From an uncultured virus (IMG/VR IMGVR_UViG_3300031555_004022) (lineage: Duplodnaviria; Heunggongvirae; Uroviricota; Caudoviricetes): 64,000 nucleotides of DNA. The notes under the pieces were generated by a model. It saw only the letters and a program-made list of their open reading frames with translations, made no database searches and had not been told where the DNA came from. Made by a program: the position numbers and the translations under genes. Shown here in pieces: positions 10,022 to 18,819 of the stretch (its first letter is position 1; every line of letters begins with the position of its first letter). The stretch lies in the IMG/VR virus record IMGVR_UViG_3300031555_004022. One strand, 5' to 3'.

Positions 10022-11341
10022 TTATATTTTCATCGTTGCTGTAGACTGATTGTTTCCGAAGAAGTCGATAACGAAGCCATCCTTAATTGGAACTACGCTT
10101 CCCGGAGCCAAAGGCTTCTGACTTCCATCAGGCAGGTTAATCTTCCATGTATAAGTGGAAGTGTTGCGGAGACCTAGCACCTGCGGATTCTGGGGGTTAG
10201 CTACGATTTCACCGGCGATAGTTTCAATATCTTCCAAAGTGGAATCGATGTGCCATAAGTAAACTTTCATGCCGTTGTAAACAGGCAACTGATAGTTCTT
10301 AAACAATAGTGCAGCTGGTTTGTTGATCTTTTTTTTGCACTCGAAGCATTCGTTTACGCCCTCTGCAGTATAGAACATTTCATTCTTACAGTAAGGACAC
10401 TTGCCGGTTTCCGCTCTCAAGCGGAAGAACGCATCCAGCCATTCCTTTTCAAGCACGCGAGCCTTCTTTTTGTGCATAACCTCTTGGCTGAAAGCACGAA
10501 CAAAGAGATCGCGAATGTATTGAGGATAGATGTTCCAGAACAGCTTTAAGTTTCTGTCAGTTCCGGGAATCGGTCTATTACGCATATCATTGGGAGCATA
10601 GACGAAAATAGGTTCGCTGCCGTAATACTTCTTTTCGAGTTCCTTAGTCATGCAGGGAGGTGTAGAATACTTACCCTCCAATGGATGATTGATAAACAAC
10701 AGTCGGAACAAGACAACTGCGAGAGAAAATCGGTCGGACTGTTTATCCGGATCAGATTTAAGAGTAACGATCTCCGGAGCCATCCAACGCTGCTTGCCCA
10801 TAATGCCGAGGTTTGTACCATACGGAGATACATTATCGTTGTCGCAGATCAGAACTTTGCCAGTGGTCGGATTGATGAAGAAATTACCGTTGTTGATATC
10901 TTGGTAGCTGTAACCTCTGTTATGCAATTCTCTGAACGCCTGAATAATATTGATCGCAGCAGTAGAGATTGCGTTAAAGGACTTGAAACGAACCTGCTGT
11001 TTCTTCTTAGAACCAACAAAGAAGTTGGTCAGCTCCTCATATCCTGCAGGACGGATCTCCATAATGTAACCAAAGGAGCCATTCTGCACTTCGGTAATAC
11101 CCAGCGGCCACAGAAATGCCTCTGTAGGAGCACCCTTTGCAATGTTGTTTTCAAGGTTTGTGTAAAACTCCTTCTCCTTGCCCTTGAAAGATCCATTATG
11201 ATACCACTTCAAAGCATATTCCTTGCCATTGTAAGAAACCTTATAGACAGTACCTTGACCACCTGCGCCAAACTCTGCCAATATCTTTGTGTCACCGCCA
11301 TTTTTCATTTTGACGGTATCGCCAATTTTCATAACACCCAT
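10022..11341 (-). CDS. Ser/Thr protein kinase with Zn ribbon
   Basis: GAGGQGTVY, ALK, YQDINNGN, CDNDN, WMAPE, DRFSLA; CPYC...CFEC. Confidence 0.9.
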   Translation of the reverse strand: MGVMKIGDTVKMKNGGDTKILAEFGAGGQGTVYKVSYNGKEYALKWYHNGSFKGKEKEFYTNLENNIAKGAPTEAFLWPLGITEVQNGSFGYIMEIRPAGYEELTNFFVGSKKKQQVRFKSFNAISTAAINIIQAFRELHNRGYSYQDINNGNFFINPTTGKVLICDNDNVSPYGTNLGIMGKQRWMAPEIVTLKSDPDKQSDRFSLAVVLFRLLFINHPLEGKYSTPPCMTKELEKKYYGSEPIFVYAPNDMRNRPIPGTDRNLKLFWNIYPQYIRDLFVRAFSQEVMHKKKARVLEKEWLDAFFRLRAETGKCPYCKNEMFYTAEGVNECFECKKKINKPAALLFKNYQLPVYNGMKVYLWHIDSTLEDIETIAGEIVANPQNPQVLGLRNTSTYTWKINLPDGSQKPLAPGSVVPIKDGFVIDFFGNNQSTATMKI

Positions 11342-11383
11342 GTTTTATTTTTCCTCCTATATTAGAACTGTGCTTTCGTATGT

Positions 11384-12652
11384 TTATTGCGGCTTTTCTA
11401 TCAGCTCAAATTTGGCTTTGTGACTTATTGCCCACTTATGTGCATAGGAATCTCTATAGCACTCTATATGGATGTCCGAAAGAATGTTAAAGAAAGTATC
11501 TGCATCTATTTTTGTGACACTTTCTGGAATAGTAATTCGTGTCAACGACCAACAATTTGCAAATGCATCCTCTTTGATTTGAACGACTCCATCTGGTACA
11601 ATAAAGCTACCAAAACCGCAACAATAGAAAACTTCCTGTTCCAAAATCTTTAAGCCTCGTGACAAGGTGACATTGGTCAAATCCGTACAATACGCAAATG
11701 CTCTATATTCGATATGCTTAACGCTATCTGGAATACTAACTCGATTTAACCCTTTGCAATCATAGAAAGCAGAAGCTTCGATAGCTGTTACACCGTCTGG
11801 AAGAGCAATGCTTGCAATAGCTTTGCATCCACTAAAGGCTTCGCTTTGTATGGTGTTGATACCTTCCAAAATTGTCACATTTGAAAGCTGCTTGCAATTT
11901 GAAAAAGCTCCTTTTGAAACAGCCCCTATGCTACCCGGTAAAACAATACTCCGTATACCGCTACCAACAAAAGCATAGTTTCCAATGAACCTAATGCCCT
12001 CTGGAAGCGAAATTCGTGATAGTGCCTTGCAGTTTTTGAATGTGTTTTCGCCAATCGACTCCAATCCCTCCGGCAAGGATACATCTTTTAGTGCTTTGCA
12101 CCCCATAAAGGCATTGCTCTCTATTCTTCTGACCCCTTTAGGTACAACAACAGATTCAACATTTATTCTGTCGGAGCCTTTCGGCTTTGTATCTCCTAAA
12201 GCCGTGCTACCAATACTGATAACTGTTTTGCTGTCAACGCAATCCGGGAAAATGATTTGTGTTGGGAGTTTGCCCTTATATGCGATAAGCTCTACCGTGT
12301 TATTCCCAAGATCAACATATTCCCACTCTGTTGCTTGAGGCACCACATTATTAGGAGGTGGTGCTACTTGAGGGGATAATTGAATACTTGTCGCACTTAC
12401 GCCGAAAGCATCAGCCCAAATCAAAATAGCCTCTTGCGAATACTGTCCTGTAATGCCGTACTCATTCTCAATTTGTGCGATGAGTCCTTGCATCTCATTA
12501 GGAGCTATGCTTGTCTCTGCTTTGATTTTGTTTGCAACACCACATTCAAACAGTATTGTCAGAATGTTTACCACCCTTTTTTCGGAAGGGTATGTATCCA
12601 TAAGAATAGACTTAAACGACGCCCTGCTGTTCAAGCAGTTTGGATGTTGCAT
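11384..12652 (-). CDS. BspA-like leucine-rich repeat (LRR_5) protein; the likely original start at 12676 is interrupted by TAG
   Basis: Repeated LP.G...I...AF..C..L units; N-terminal helical domain; no signal peptide evident. Confidence 0.85.
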   Translation of the reverse strand: MQHPNCLNSRASFKSILMDTYPSEKRVVNILTILFECGVANKIKAETSIAPNEMQGLIAQIENEYGITGQYSQEAILIWADAFGVSATSIQLSPQVAPPPNNVVPQATEWEYVDLGNNTVELIAYKGKLPTQIIFPDCVDSKTVISIGSTALGDTKPKGSDRINVESVVVPKGVRRIESNAFMGCKALKDVSLPEGLESIGENTFKNCKALSRISLPEGIRFIGNYAFVGSGIRSIVLPGSIGAVSKGAFSNCKQLSNVTILEGINTIQSEAFSGCKAIASIALPDGVTAIEASAFYDCKGLNRVSIPDSVKHIEYRAFAYCTDLTNVTLSRGLKILEQEVFYCCGFGSFIVPDGVVQIKEDAFANCWSLTRITIPESVTKIDADTFFNILSDIHIECYRDSYAHKWAISHKAKFELIEKPQ

Positions 12653-12690
12653 CTAAATTGATTTCAAATCAATCATCTGTCATACCCCTA

Positions 12691-13188
12691 TCAGATTAAC
12701 TTCAAAACGATGTGTGGCAGGTTTCCGTCGGGCACAAACAATTTTAAAGTCTCTTTACTGAACCGGAACTCGATGCAGTTTGCATAAGGAGTAACCGCTA
12801 CGAGATCATCCGTCTTGCGGTCGAATCCATCAGCACCACCAACAAAAATGATTCTCTTGGTTGTGATGTAGAGAATACCTATTATGGTCGAGTATTTCAC
12901 ATCGTCTACGTATTCAGAGTTGCCACCACCAACGTGGACGCGTGTCCCTTTGAACAATCCGGGCATACTGTAGCCGGTATTCTTACGAATTCGCTTTTTG
13001 TTTACAGTTCTCTTTTCATAAATGGCACGATCTGCATAATGGCAGGTTTCCCCATTCTTCAAGAACAAATAATTCGGTTCAAGTGTAGGCAACTGCCCTC
13101 GGAGGATTTGCTGTCTTGCTGCGTCTGGCAAAACGCTTGGAACAGTTGGTGTCGTTGATTGTGGTTTCAAGAAATCAAGAAAACCCAT
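12691..13188 (-). CDS. Hypothetical protein (possible PH-like fold), first gene of the operon
   Basis: AGGGG RBS; GILYITTKRIIF motif reminiscent of bacterial PH/GRAM-like domains. Confidence 0.6.
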   Translation of the reverse strand: MGFLDFLKPQSTTPTVPSVLPDAARQQILRGQLPTLEPNYLFLKNGETCHYADRAIYEKRTVNKKRIRKNTGYSMPGLFKGTRVHVGGGNSEYVDDVKYSTIIGILYITTKRIIFVGGADGFDRKTDDLVAVTPYANCIEFRFSKETLKLFVPDGNLPHIVLKLI

Positions 13189-13437
13189 TATTTTTCCCCT
13201 TCGTGTATTTTATATTTAACAACCTGATAATTTGGCAGAGTTTAATTCGTTTGCAATTCTAAGAACAGACATATGTGAGTAGTAATGTACATCTTGTGCT
13301 TAAATCTAAAGAGGAACTACGCAGAATTTTTCTCTTTAATATAGCATATCATTTTTTTGGAAAAAAAGCAATGGAGATCCTACAATTGTAAGCGACCTTT
13401 TGTCAAAATTGAATGTTTTTAACAATGCGCCGGAAAT

Positions 13438-13869
13438 TCATAAAGTTAGGCTGATAACGATCTTCTTTAAAGCACCTGATTTTTTCGCGAATTTGGCTGC
13501 TCCACCCCATGAGTGGGAGATGTAGGTAACAACATAGTCGGACTGCCTGAGCATCCAATTGTTTCGCCATGAGATGGCGTAACGGGGATGGACAGTTTCG
13601 ATTCCCTCCGGGAGCATGGTGTCGGAGTAATCTTCGTATTCTTTTAGCTTGCCGGGCATGTAGGCTAGCACTACAGCATAGGTAATCCTTGGGTACTCCT
13701 TTTTGAGTTCTCGCAAAGAATGGCGTACAAGGGAATCGAATTGTCCATGGTTTCCTACATAGAAAGTATCTACATCATGGTTGGTTATGAGGTCAATCAA
13801 TACCTCACGTAATATCGGTTGTATGGTTTGTGGGCAGTCTCTGTGACCGAAAAAAGTACATGCTTTCAT
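13438..13869 (-). CDS. SLOG/YspA-like (DUF1273-like) protein
   Basis: CTFFGHR start, FYVG..G.FD, RN.WM...SDYVV.Y....GGA. Confidence 0.7.
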   Translation of the reverse strand: MKACTFFGHRDCPQTIQPILREVLIDLITNHDVDTFYVGNHGQFDSLVRHSLRELKKEYPRITYAVVLAYMPGKLKEYEDYSDTMLPEGIETVHPRYAISWRNNWMLRQSDYVVTYISHSWGGAAKFAKKSGALKKIVISLTL

Positions 13870-13875
13870 ATTTTC

Positions 13876-13908
13876 ACCCCTTTTGAGTTATTTTAACTCA
13901 AAAGGGGT
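13876..13908. promoter_or_regulatory. Perfect 15-bp inverted repeat (putative operator) between divergent genes
   Basis: ACCCCTTTTGAGTTA-TTT-TAACTCAAAAGGGGT. Confidence 0.7.
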
Positions 13909-13958
13909 AATCTTTTCAAGAGGGAAAAGGTATCATTTTAATAAAAGAGGTGATACCT

Positions 13959-14201
13959 ATGACTGTAGGAGAAGCTGTCCGGCAGAGAATCATTCAACTA
14001 TGTCAGGAACGCAATATTTCTATCAACAAACTGAGTGCCATAAGCGGTGTGACACAATCCACGGTAAATAATATTGTAAGCGGAAGAAACAATAGTGCAA
14101 CAGTTTCTACGATTAAAAAGCTCTGCGACGGATTGGGTATTACCATTGATGAATTCTTCCACAATGAACTGTTTGCCGGACTGGAACAGGAAATTAAATG
14201 A
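13959..14201 (+). CDS. XRE-family HTH regulator
   Basis: SINKLSAISGVTQSTVNNIVSG...TIKKLCDGLGI; GAGGTG RBS. Confidence 0.85.
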   Translation: MTVGEAVRQRIIQLCQERNISINKLSAISGVTQSTVNNIVSGRNNSATVSTIKKLCDGLGITIDEFFHNELFAGLEQEIK

Positions 14202-14210
14202 GATCAAAAC

Positions 14211-14254
14211 AAAGCTGCAAGACCGATGATGTTGGTTTTGCAGCTTTCTTTTTT
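14211..14254 (+). terminator. Rho-independent terminator
   Basis: AAAGCTGCAA...TTGCAGCTTT followed by a T run. Confidence 0.65.
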
Positions 14255-15569
14255 AGGCGGACAATAATGTACAATCTGTTTTAGAAGTGTAGTGAGTGCA
14301 TGCATGATGTCCAAAGGCATATATCATTCGCGAAAAAAACAGTCCCTTTTATAGGAGGTGATTTTCTGTGAATGAAATTATTAATGTCAGAATAAAAAAT
14401 CTGACCATCAAAGTCGATGAAACGTATTTTTACTGTGAAACAAAAAATGAATTTGAATTCAAAATATCCATAAAAGCAGTATTGAATATTGTTAAATTTG
14501 TAAACAGGAAAATACTGGGGCATAAGGAAGGCGGCTAATAAGATAGTCTTGCTAATAATGAAATGAAGGTGAGACTATTCTTGGCGTGCTGAGTGCCCTA
14601 AAAGACAGGGGGAACAATCCGTTCCCTCTGTTACCTTTAAAGTGTGTTAGGATCAAGAGCGTTAAATAGAAGAAAGCTAAAATTTTCTTGAAAATTTTGG
14701 CTATGTTGCGTACAGATATTTTACCACACTTGTTCATCCAACACATGAAACTCCTTCGTTTTCAATGGTTTCAGCACAGTTGCGCTTTTTCTTTTACGTG
14801 AGTTGCGGAATACTTGCTGTTTTTGTGTTTTCCGCATATTCTAAAGAGTAGAATGGGAAGTTTAGCGGCACAGTAACACTTGAAAAACAATCGCAGACTA
14901 GGATAATTTTGTTAATCTGTTCTTTGGACCGAAATAAAGCTCGGAACGTACGGGAAAATAGGCACCTATTAACGAAAGTTGATGGGTGTCTATTTTTTAC
15001 TCTTTTCGGGATCGCTTCCAAACGCTCACCTTTTCGAAGTGGGGGCTTTTTAATTATTTGTGAATTTTTCGAAAAGTGGCTAACAAATGGGCTTTCTCGC
15101 TGCCTACTACATGAGGGGTAATATTTCAGCCACGGCAGTGATAGAAAAAATTCTGAAAAATGTTCGCTCGGGTGTTTAGTTATTGCGGTTTTCGCTGCCT
15201 ACCAAGTGAGGGATAGTTTTCTTACTTCAGAAAAGTGGCTGGATGAAATCCCTTGTGTACCTTGAAAATTAAATAGCCGCCAAGGAGGGAGGCTGAACCT
15301 TCTTGGTGGCATTAGGATTGTAAATGTTTTGTGAATTATTAAAACATTTGCAAAAAAGGTTCCGCTGAAGAGGCCATTTTTCTCCTGTTTATAGAGGGCA
15401 ATGCAGCGGAATGATGTAGACAGAAACAGTGCCGTGTAAGGATACGTTGTTTGCTGTGAGATTTTATTTATGATAACTGCCCCCACTTTTTTGAAGTGGA
15501 GGTTGTTTTATATGACAAAGAAAGGAGGACGAGAACATGAAACTATTCTGCATGAGAGGAGGTGACGAT

Positions 15570-15743
15570 ATGCCGAGAATGTCGAAGAAGTTGAAGCTGG
15601 AGTGGGATTTCTTTTTGAATCCCAATACTGGGAGGAAGAACTACAATCCGCTGTGCCGAAGGTGCTTGAAAGATTGCAAGCAGAGCTATCGGACGGTGAT
15701 ATTGGAGTGTCCGAGATTTGTGAGTAATTCGGGGCGAAAATGA
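15570..15743 (+). CDS. Small Cys-rich protein
   Basis: GGAGGTG RBS; MPRMSKK...CRRCLKDCKQS...CP. Confidence 0.6.
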   Translation: MPRMSKKLKLEWDFFLNPNTGRKNYNPLCRRCLKDCKQSYRTVILECPRFVSNSGRK

Positions 15744-15889
15744 GGGATTTTTCTCTCTGTATGAAACGAAAAATCAAGAGGTGAAATGATATACCCTCTG
15801 TTTTATTTGTGGAATACGGGAAAGAAACGGGCTAAAAATCGCCCTGAAATCGCCACAAAAAAATCAACCATAGAAAGGAGCCTGCAAAT

Positions 15890-16399
15890 ATGGGCGAAAG
15901 TAAAAGCAAAGGAACCTTCCTGAAGGAGAACAGCAAGGTAGTTGGCTATATGGTTTATCCAAGGTTCTTAATGGGTTTGGAACTGAATGAAACTGCCAAG
16001 CTGATTTATGTCCTGCTGCTAGATCGGGCGAGGCTATCCATAAAACAAGGAGGGTGGGCGGATGAGGAAGGAAATGTTTATATTTACTACGACATCAAGA
16101 GCCTATCTGCCGACAGTGGAAAAAGTGCCGGAACCGTGAAGGCAGCGTTGAAAGAGTTGGAGAAGGCTGACCTAATCTTCCGGGCAAAGCAGGAGGTGGG
16201 AAAGCCACGAAGAATCTATGTAAAGACGAGGTCAGAAAACTGTCCCTCGCCGTGGATAGATTCTTGGCCCCTTGGTGGACAGAAAACTGTCTCTCACGGG
16301 GACAGTTTTTCGACTCCATACAATACAATAGTAAAAACAAATAGAACAAAAACAAATATATCAAGAAATTATTCATATGGGAAAGGAGAGAGTTTATGA
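15890..16399 (+). CDS. Replication initiator A N-terminal (winged HTH) domain protein
   Basis: AKLIYVLLLDRARLS...W.DE.G.VYIYY...LKELE..DLI...G.P.RIYV. Confidence 0.8.
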   Translation: MGESKSKGTFLKENSKVVGYMVYPRFLMGLELNETAKLIYVLLLDRARLSIKQGGWADEEGNVYIYYDIKSLSADSGKSAGTVKAALKELEKADLIFRAKQEVGKPRRIYVKTRSENCPSPWIDSWPLGGQKTVSHGDSFSTPYNTIVKTNRTKTNISRNYSYGKGESL

Positions 16400-17238
16400 T
16401 TCCTGTTTTAGAAGCATTCACTGTGGAGACTGACAATGAGCTCAGAGAAGACGAGTATCGAAATGACATGGGGTTGATCTGTTGTAAAAACTGCCATTCC
16501 CTCCGGCAGATCACATTGACTGTTGGAGATAAGCAGATCAGCCCTCGTGTTTTATGCAGATGTCAAGAAGAGGAGCGAGATCGAATGGAAGCAGAATGGA
16601 AAGCCCGAAGACGGCGAGAGGAGATTGAACGGAATCGCAGTATTGGTCTTACGGATCCTGTAATTGGGAAGCACACCTTTGAGAATGATCTGGGCTACAA
16701 TCCTCTCGCTATGGAGATTGCTCGAAACTATGTGGAGCACTGGGAGGAATTCACGCAGAATTCTCAGGGGCTGCTCCTGTGGGGCGATGTCGGAACCGGG
16801 AAGAGCTTTCTTGCAGGCTGTGTTGGAAACGAGCTGCTGAATAGAGGCGTCCGGGTTCTGATGACTAACTTCTCCCGTCTGTTGAATCGACTGACTGATA
16901 TACAGATGGGAGATCGGAATGGATTTATTGACAGCCTGAACAGCTTTGAATTACTGATCCTTGACGACTTGGGGATTGAGAGAAATTCGGAGTTTGCCAA
17001 GGAACAGATATTCAGCATCATCGACAGTCGCTACCGTAGCGGACTGCCTATGATCGTGACCACAAACCTGACTTTGGACGAACTTCTGAATCCGGCTGAC
17101 TTGTGGCGAAAACGAGTTTACGACAGAGTTTTAGAGCGAAACATTCGGGTCTGTGTGAACGATCATAATATCCGAAAAATACTCTCTGAAAAGGCAATGG
17201 CGCGAGGAAAGGAGGTGTTGACCTATGGTAAGGAATAG
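16396..17238 (+). CDS. DnaC/IstB-like AAA+ ATPase (helicase loader)
   Basis: GDVGTGKS, LLILDDLG, IIDSRY, TTNL. Confidence 0.85.
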   Translation: MIPVLEAFTVETDNELREDEYRNDMGLICCKNCHSLRQITLTVGDKQISPRVLCRCQEEERDRMEAEWKARRRREEIERNRSIGLTDPVIGKHTFENDLGYNPLAMEIARNYVEHWEEFTQNSQGLLLWGDVGTGKSFLAGCVGNELLNRGVRVLMTNFSRLLNRLTDIQMGDRNGFIDSLNSFELLILDDLGIERNSEFAKEQIFSIIDSRYRSGLPMIVTTNLTLDELLNPADLWRKRVYDRVLERNIRVCVNDHNIRKILSEKAMARGKEVLTYGKE

Positions 17239-17254
17239 ACCATGGAGATGTCTT

Positions 17255-17320
17255 AACAAGCACTGGATTTGCTTGTGCAAATCCGCTTGTCCTGGGCTTG
17301 CCGCCCCTGAAACCCCGCAG
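17255..17320. promoter_or_regulatory. Putative oriT
   Basis: GGATTTGC-TTGT-GCAAATCC inverted repeat (17265-17284) then TTGTCCTGG, resembling a MOBP TATCCTG nic motif, just upstream of mobC. Confidence 0.5.
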
Positions 17321-17334
17321 AAAGGAGGACGAAT

Positions 17335-17694
17335 ATGAGAAAGAGAAACCGTCGGGTAGAAATCTATTTTTCGGACGAAGAATATGAGGAATTGATGGAG
17401 AAGGTAACAGCCTCCAAACTCTCAAGAGAGCAGTTTTGCCGCATGGTTTTGAATGGGGCGAAAATCAAGGAAGCACCACCGGCTGAGTTTTATAAACTGA
17501 TCACGGAGATACGAAGAGTAGGGGTACATCTGAATCGCATTCTTTGCAAAGCTGAAGCAGGAGGCATTTTGGATGTGCCGCTGATCCGTGAGAGCATAGA
17601 GGAGCTACATGCTACACAAAAAATGCTTTACGACACATTTCGAAATGAAGTACCGAAAAGAAAGCACAACACAATGAAGGAGGAAACTAAATGA
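17335..17694 (+). CDS. mobC: MobC-like ribbon-helix-helix relaxosome accessory protein
   Basis: RKRNRRVEIYFSDEEY...L..EIRRVGVHLNRI pattern. Confidence 0.7.
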   Translation: MRKRNRRVEIYFSDEEYEELMEKVTASKLSREQFCRMVLNGAKIKEAPPAEFYKLITEIRRVGVHLNRILCKAEAGGILDVPLIRESIEELHATQKMLYDTFRNEVPKRKHNTMKEETK

Positions 17695-18542
17695 ACAAAG
17701 CGAAAGCAGAATATTTATCTGTAGACCAATTAAAGCCCTTTGAGGGGCAACCCTTCCAAGTGAAGGACGACGAAGAAATGGACCGGTTGGTCTGGAGCAT
17801 TATGACCCAAGGACTGCTGACTCCTTTGGCAGTCCGGCCTCTCGGCAGTAACGAATATGAGGTGATCTCCGGGCATCGGAGATTGCATGCATGCAAAAAA
17901 GCAGGGATCGAGACGGTCCCTGCTTTAGTTTATCCTATGAGCCGCGACGAGGCAGCGGTGGCCTTGGTGGACAGTAATTTACACCGGGAGAAGCTGCTAC
18001 CAAGCGAGAAAGCATGGGCTTACAAGCTGAAAATGGAAGCCCTGAAACGGCAAGGTCAACGTGTGGATCTAACTTCGTCCCAAGTTGGGACGAGGTCAGA
18101 CGAGCTACTTGCACAGCAAACGGGAGAGAGCCGAAATCAGGTACAACGCTACATTCGTTTGACCAATCTGATCCCCGGCATTTTAAGAATGGTTGATGAA
18201 GGCAGGATCGCACTGACACCGGCTGTTGAGATATCATATCTTCGGGAGCAGGAACAGGCAGAGCTTCTGGAAACTATGGAGAGCGAGGAATGCACGCCTT
18301 CCCTTGCCCAAGCCATACAGTTGAAGCAACTTAGCCAAAGTGGGGACTTGGGCATAGACAGAATCTTCACCATCATGGGTGAGAAGAAGGGCAACCAGAA
18401 GGAAAAACTCAGTTTTTTCCGCGACGATATCAGTCGCTATTTCCCGTCCCACTTCACCGCCGCAAAAATGCAAACCACCATTATGGAACTACTGAAAAAT
18501 TATCAAAGAACATGGAAAAGGAGAGAACTAAATGACCGATAA
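17691..18542 (+). CDS. ParB/Spo0J-family protein
   Basis: GLLTPLAVRP...YEVISGHRR, VDSNLHRE. Confidence 0.85.
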   Translation: MNKAKAEYLSVDQLKPFEGQPFQVKDDEEMDRLVWSIMTQGLLTPLAVRPLGSNEYEVISGHRRLHACKKAGIETVPALVYPMSRDEAAVALVDSNLHREKLLPSEKAWAYKLKMEALKRQGQRVDLTSSQVGTRSDELLAQQTGESRNQVQRYIRLTNLIPGILRMVDEGRIALTPAVEISYLREQEQAELLETMESEECTPSLAQAIQLKQLSQSGDLGIDRIFTIMGEKKGNQKEKLSFFRDDISRYFPSHFTAAKMQTTIMELLKNYQRTWKRRELNDR

Positions 18543-18813
18543 TCAGAGAATCGATATTTTGAAAATCAAAGAGGCCTCCCAGCGAGCACGGGAGTGTGGC
18601 ATGGCGATCAGCGAATATACCATTCGCCGTGCCATCCGTTCCGGGCAGTTGCCCTGCCGTATCATTGGCCGCACCTATTTGATTAGTTGGAAGAAACTTG
18701 TGGAGTGGGCTACCTGCGCAGATGGCGGAGATATTCCCACTGACCTCGCACATTTGCACCGAGAGCCTTCTGCCGGTAGAATATCTGTAGAAACGACACA
18801 CGAAGGGAGATAA
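18532..18813 (+). CDS. Excisionase-like HTH protein
   Basis: ISEYTIRRAIRSGQLP...IGRTYLI; directly upstream of the integrase. Confidence 0.7.
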   Translation: MTDNQRIDILKIKEASQRARECGMAISEYTIRRAIRSGQLPCRIIGRTYLISWKKLVEWATCADGGDIPTDLAHLHREPSAGRISVETTHEGR

Positions 18814-18819
18814 CATACT

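Noticed and set aside
12653..12655. TAG stop-codon reassignment
   Set aside because: TAG ends other genes in the same island normally (17236-17238, 24649-24651), and long genes show no internal TAGs
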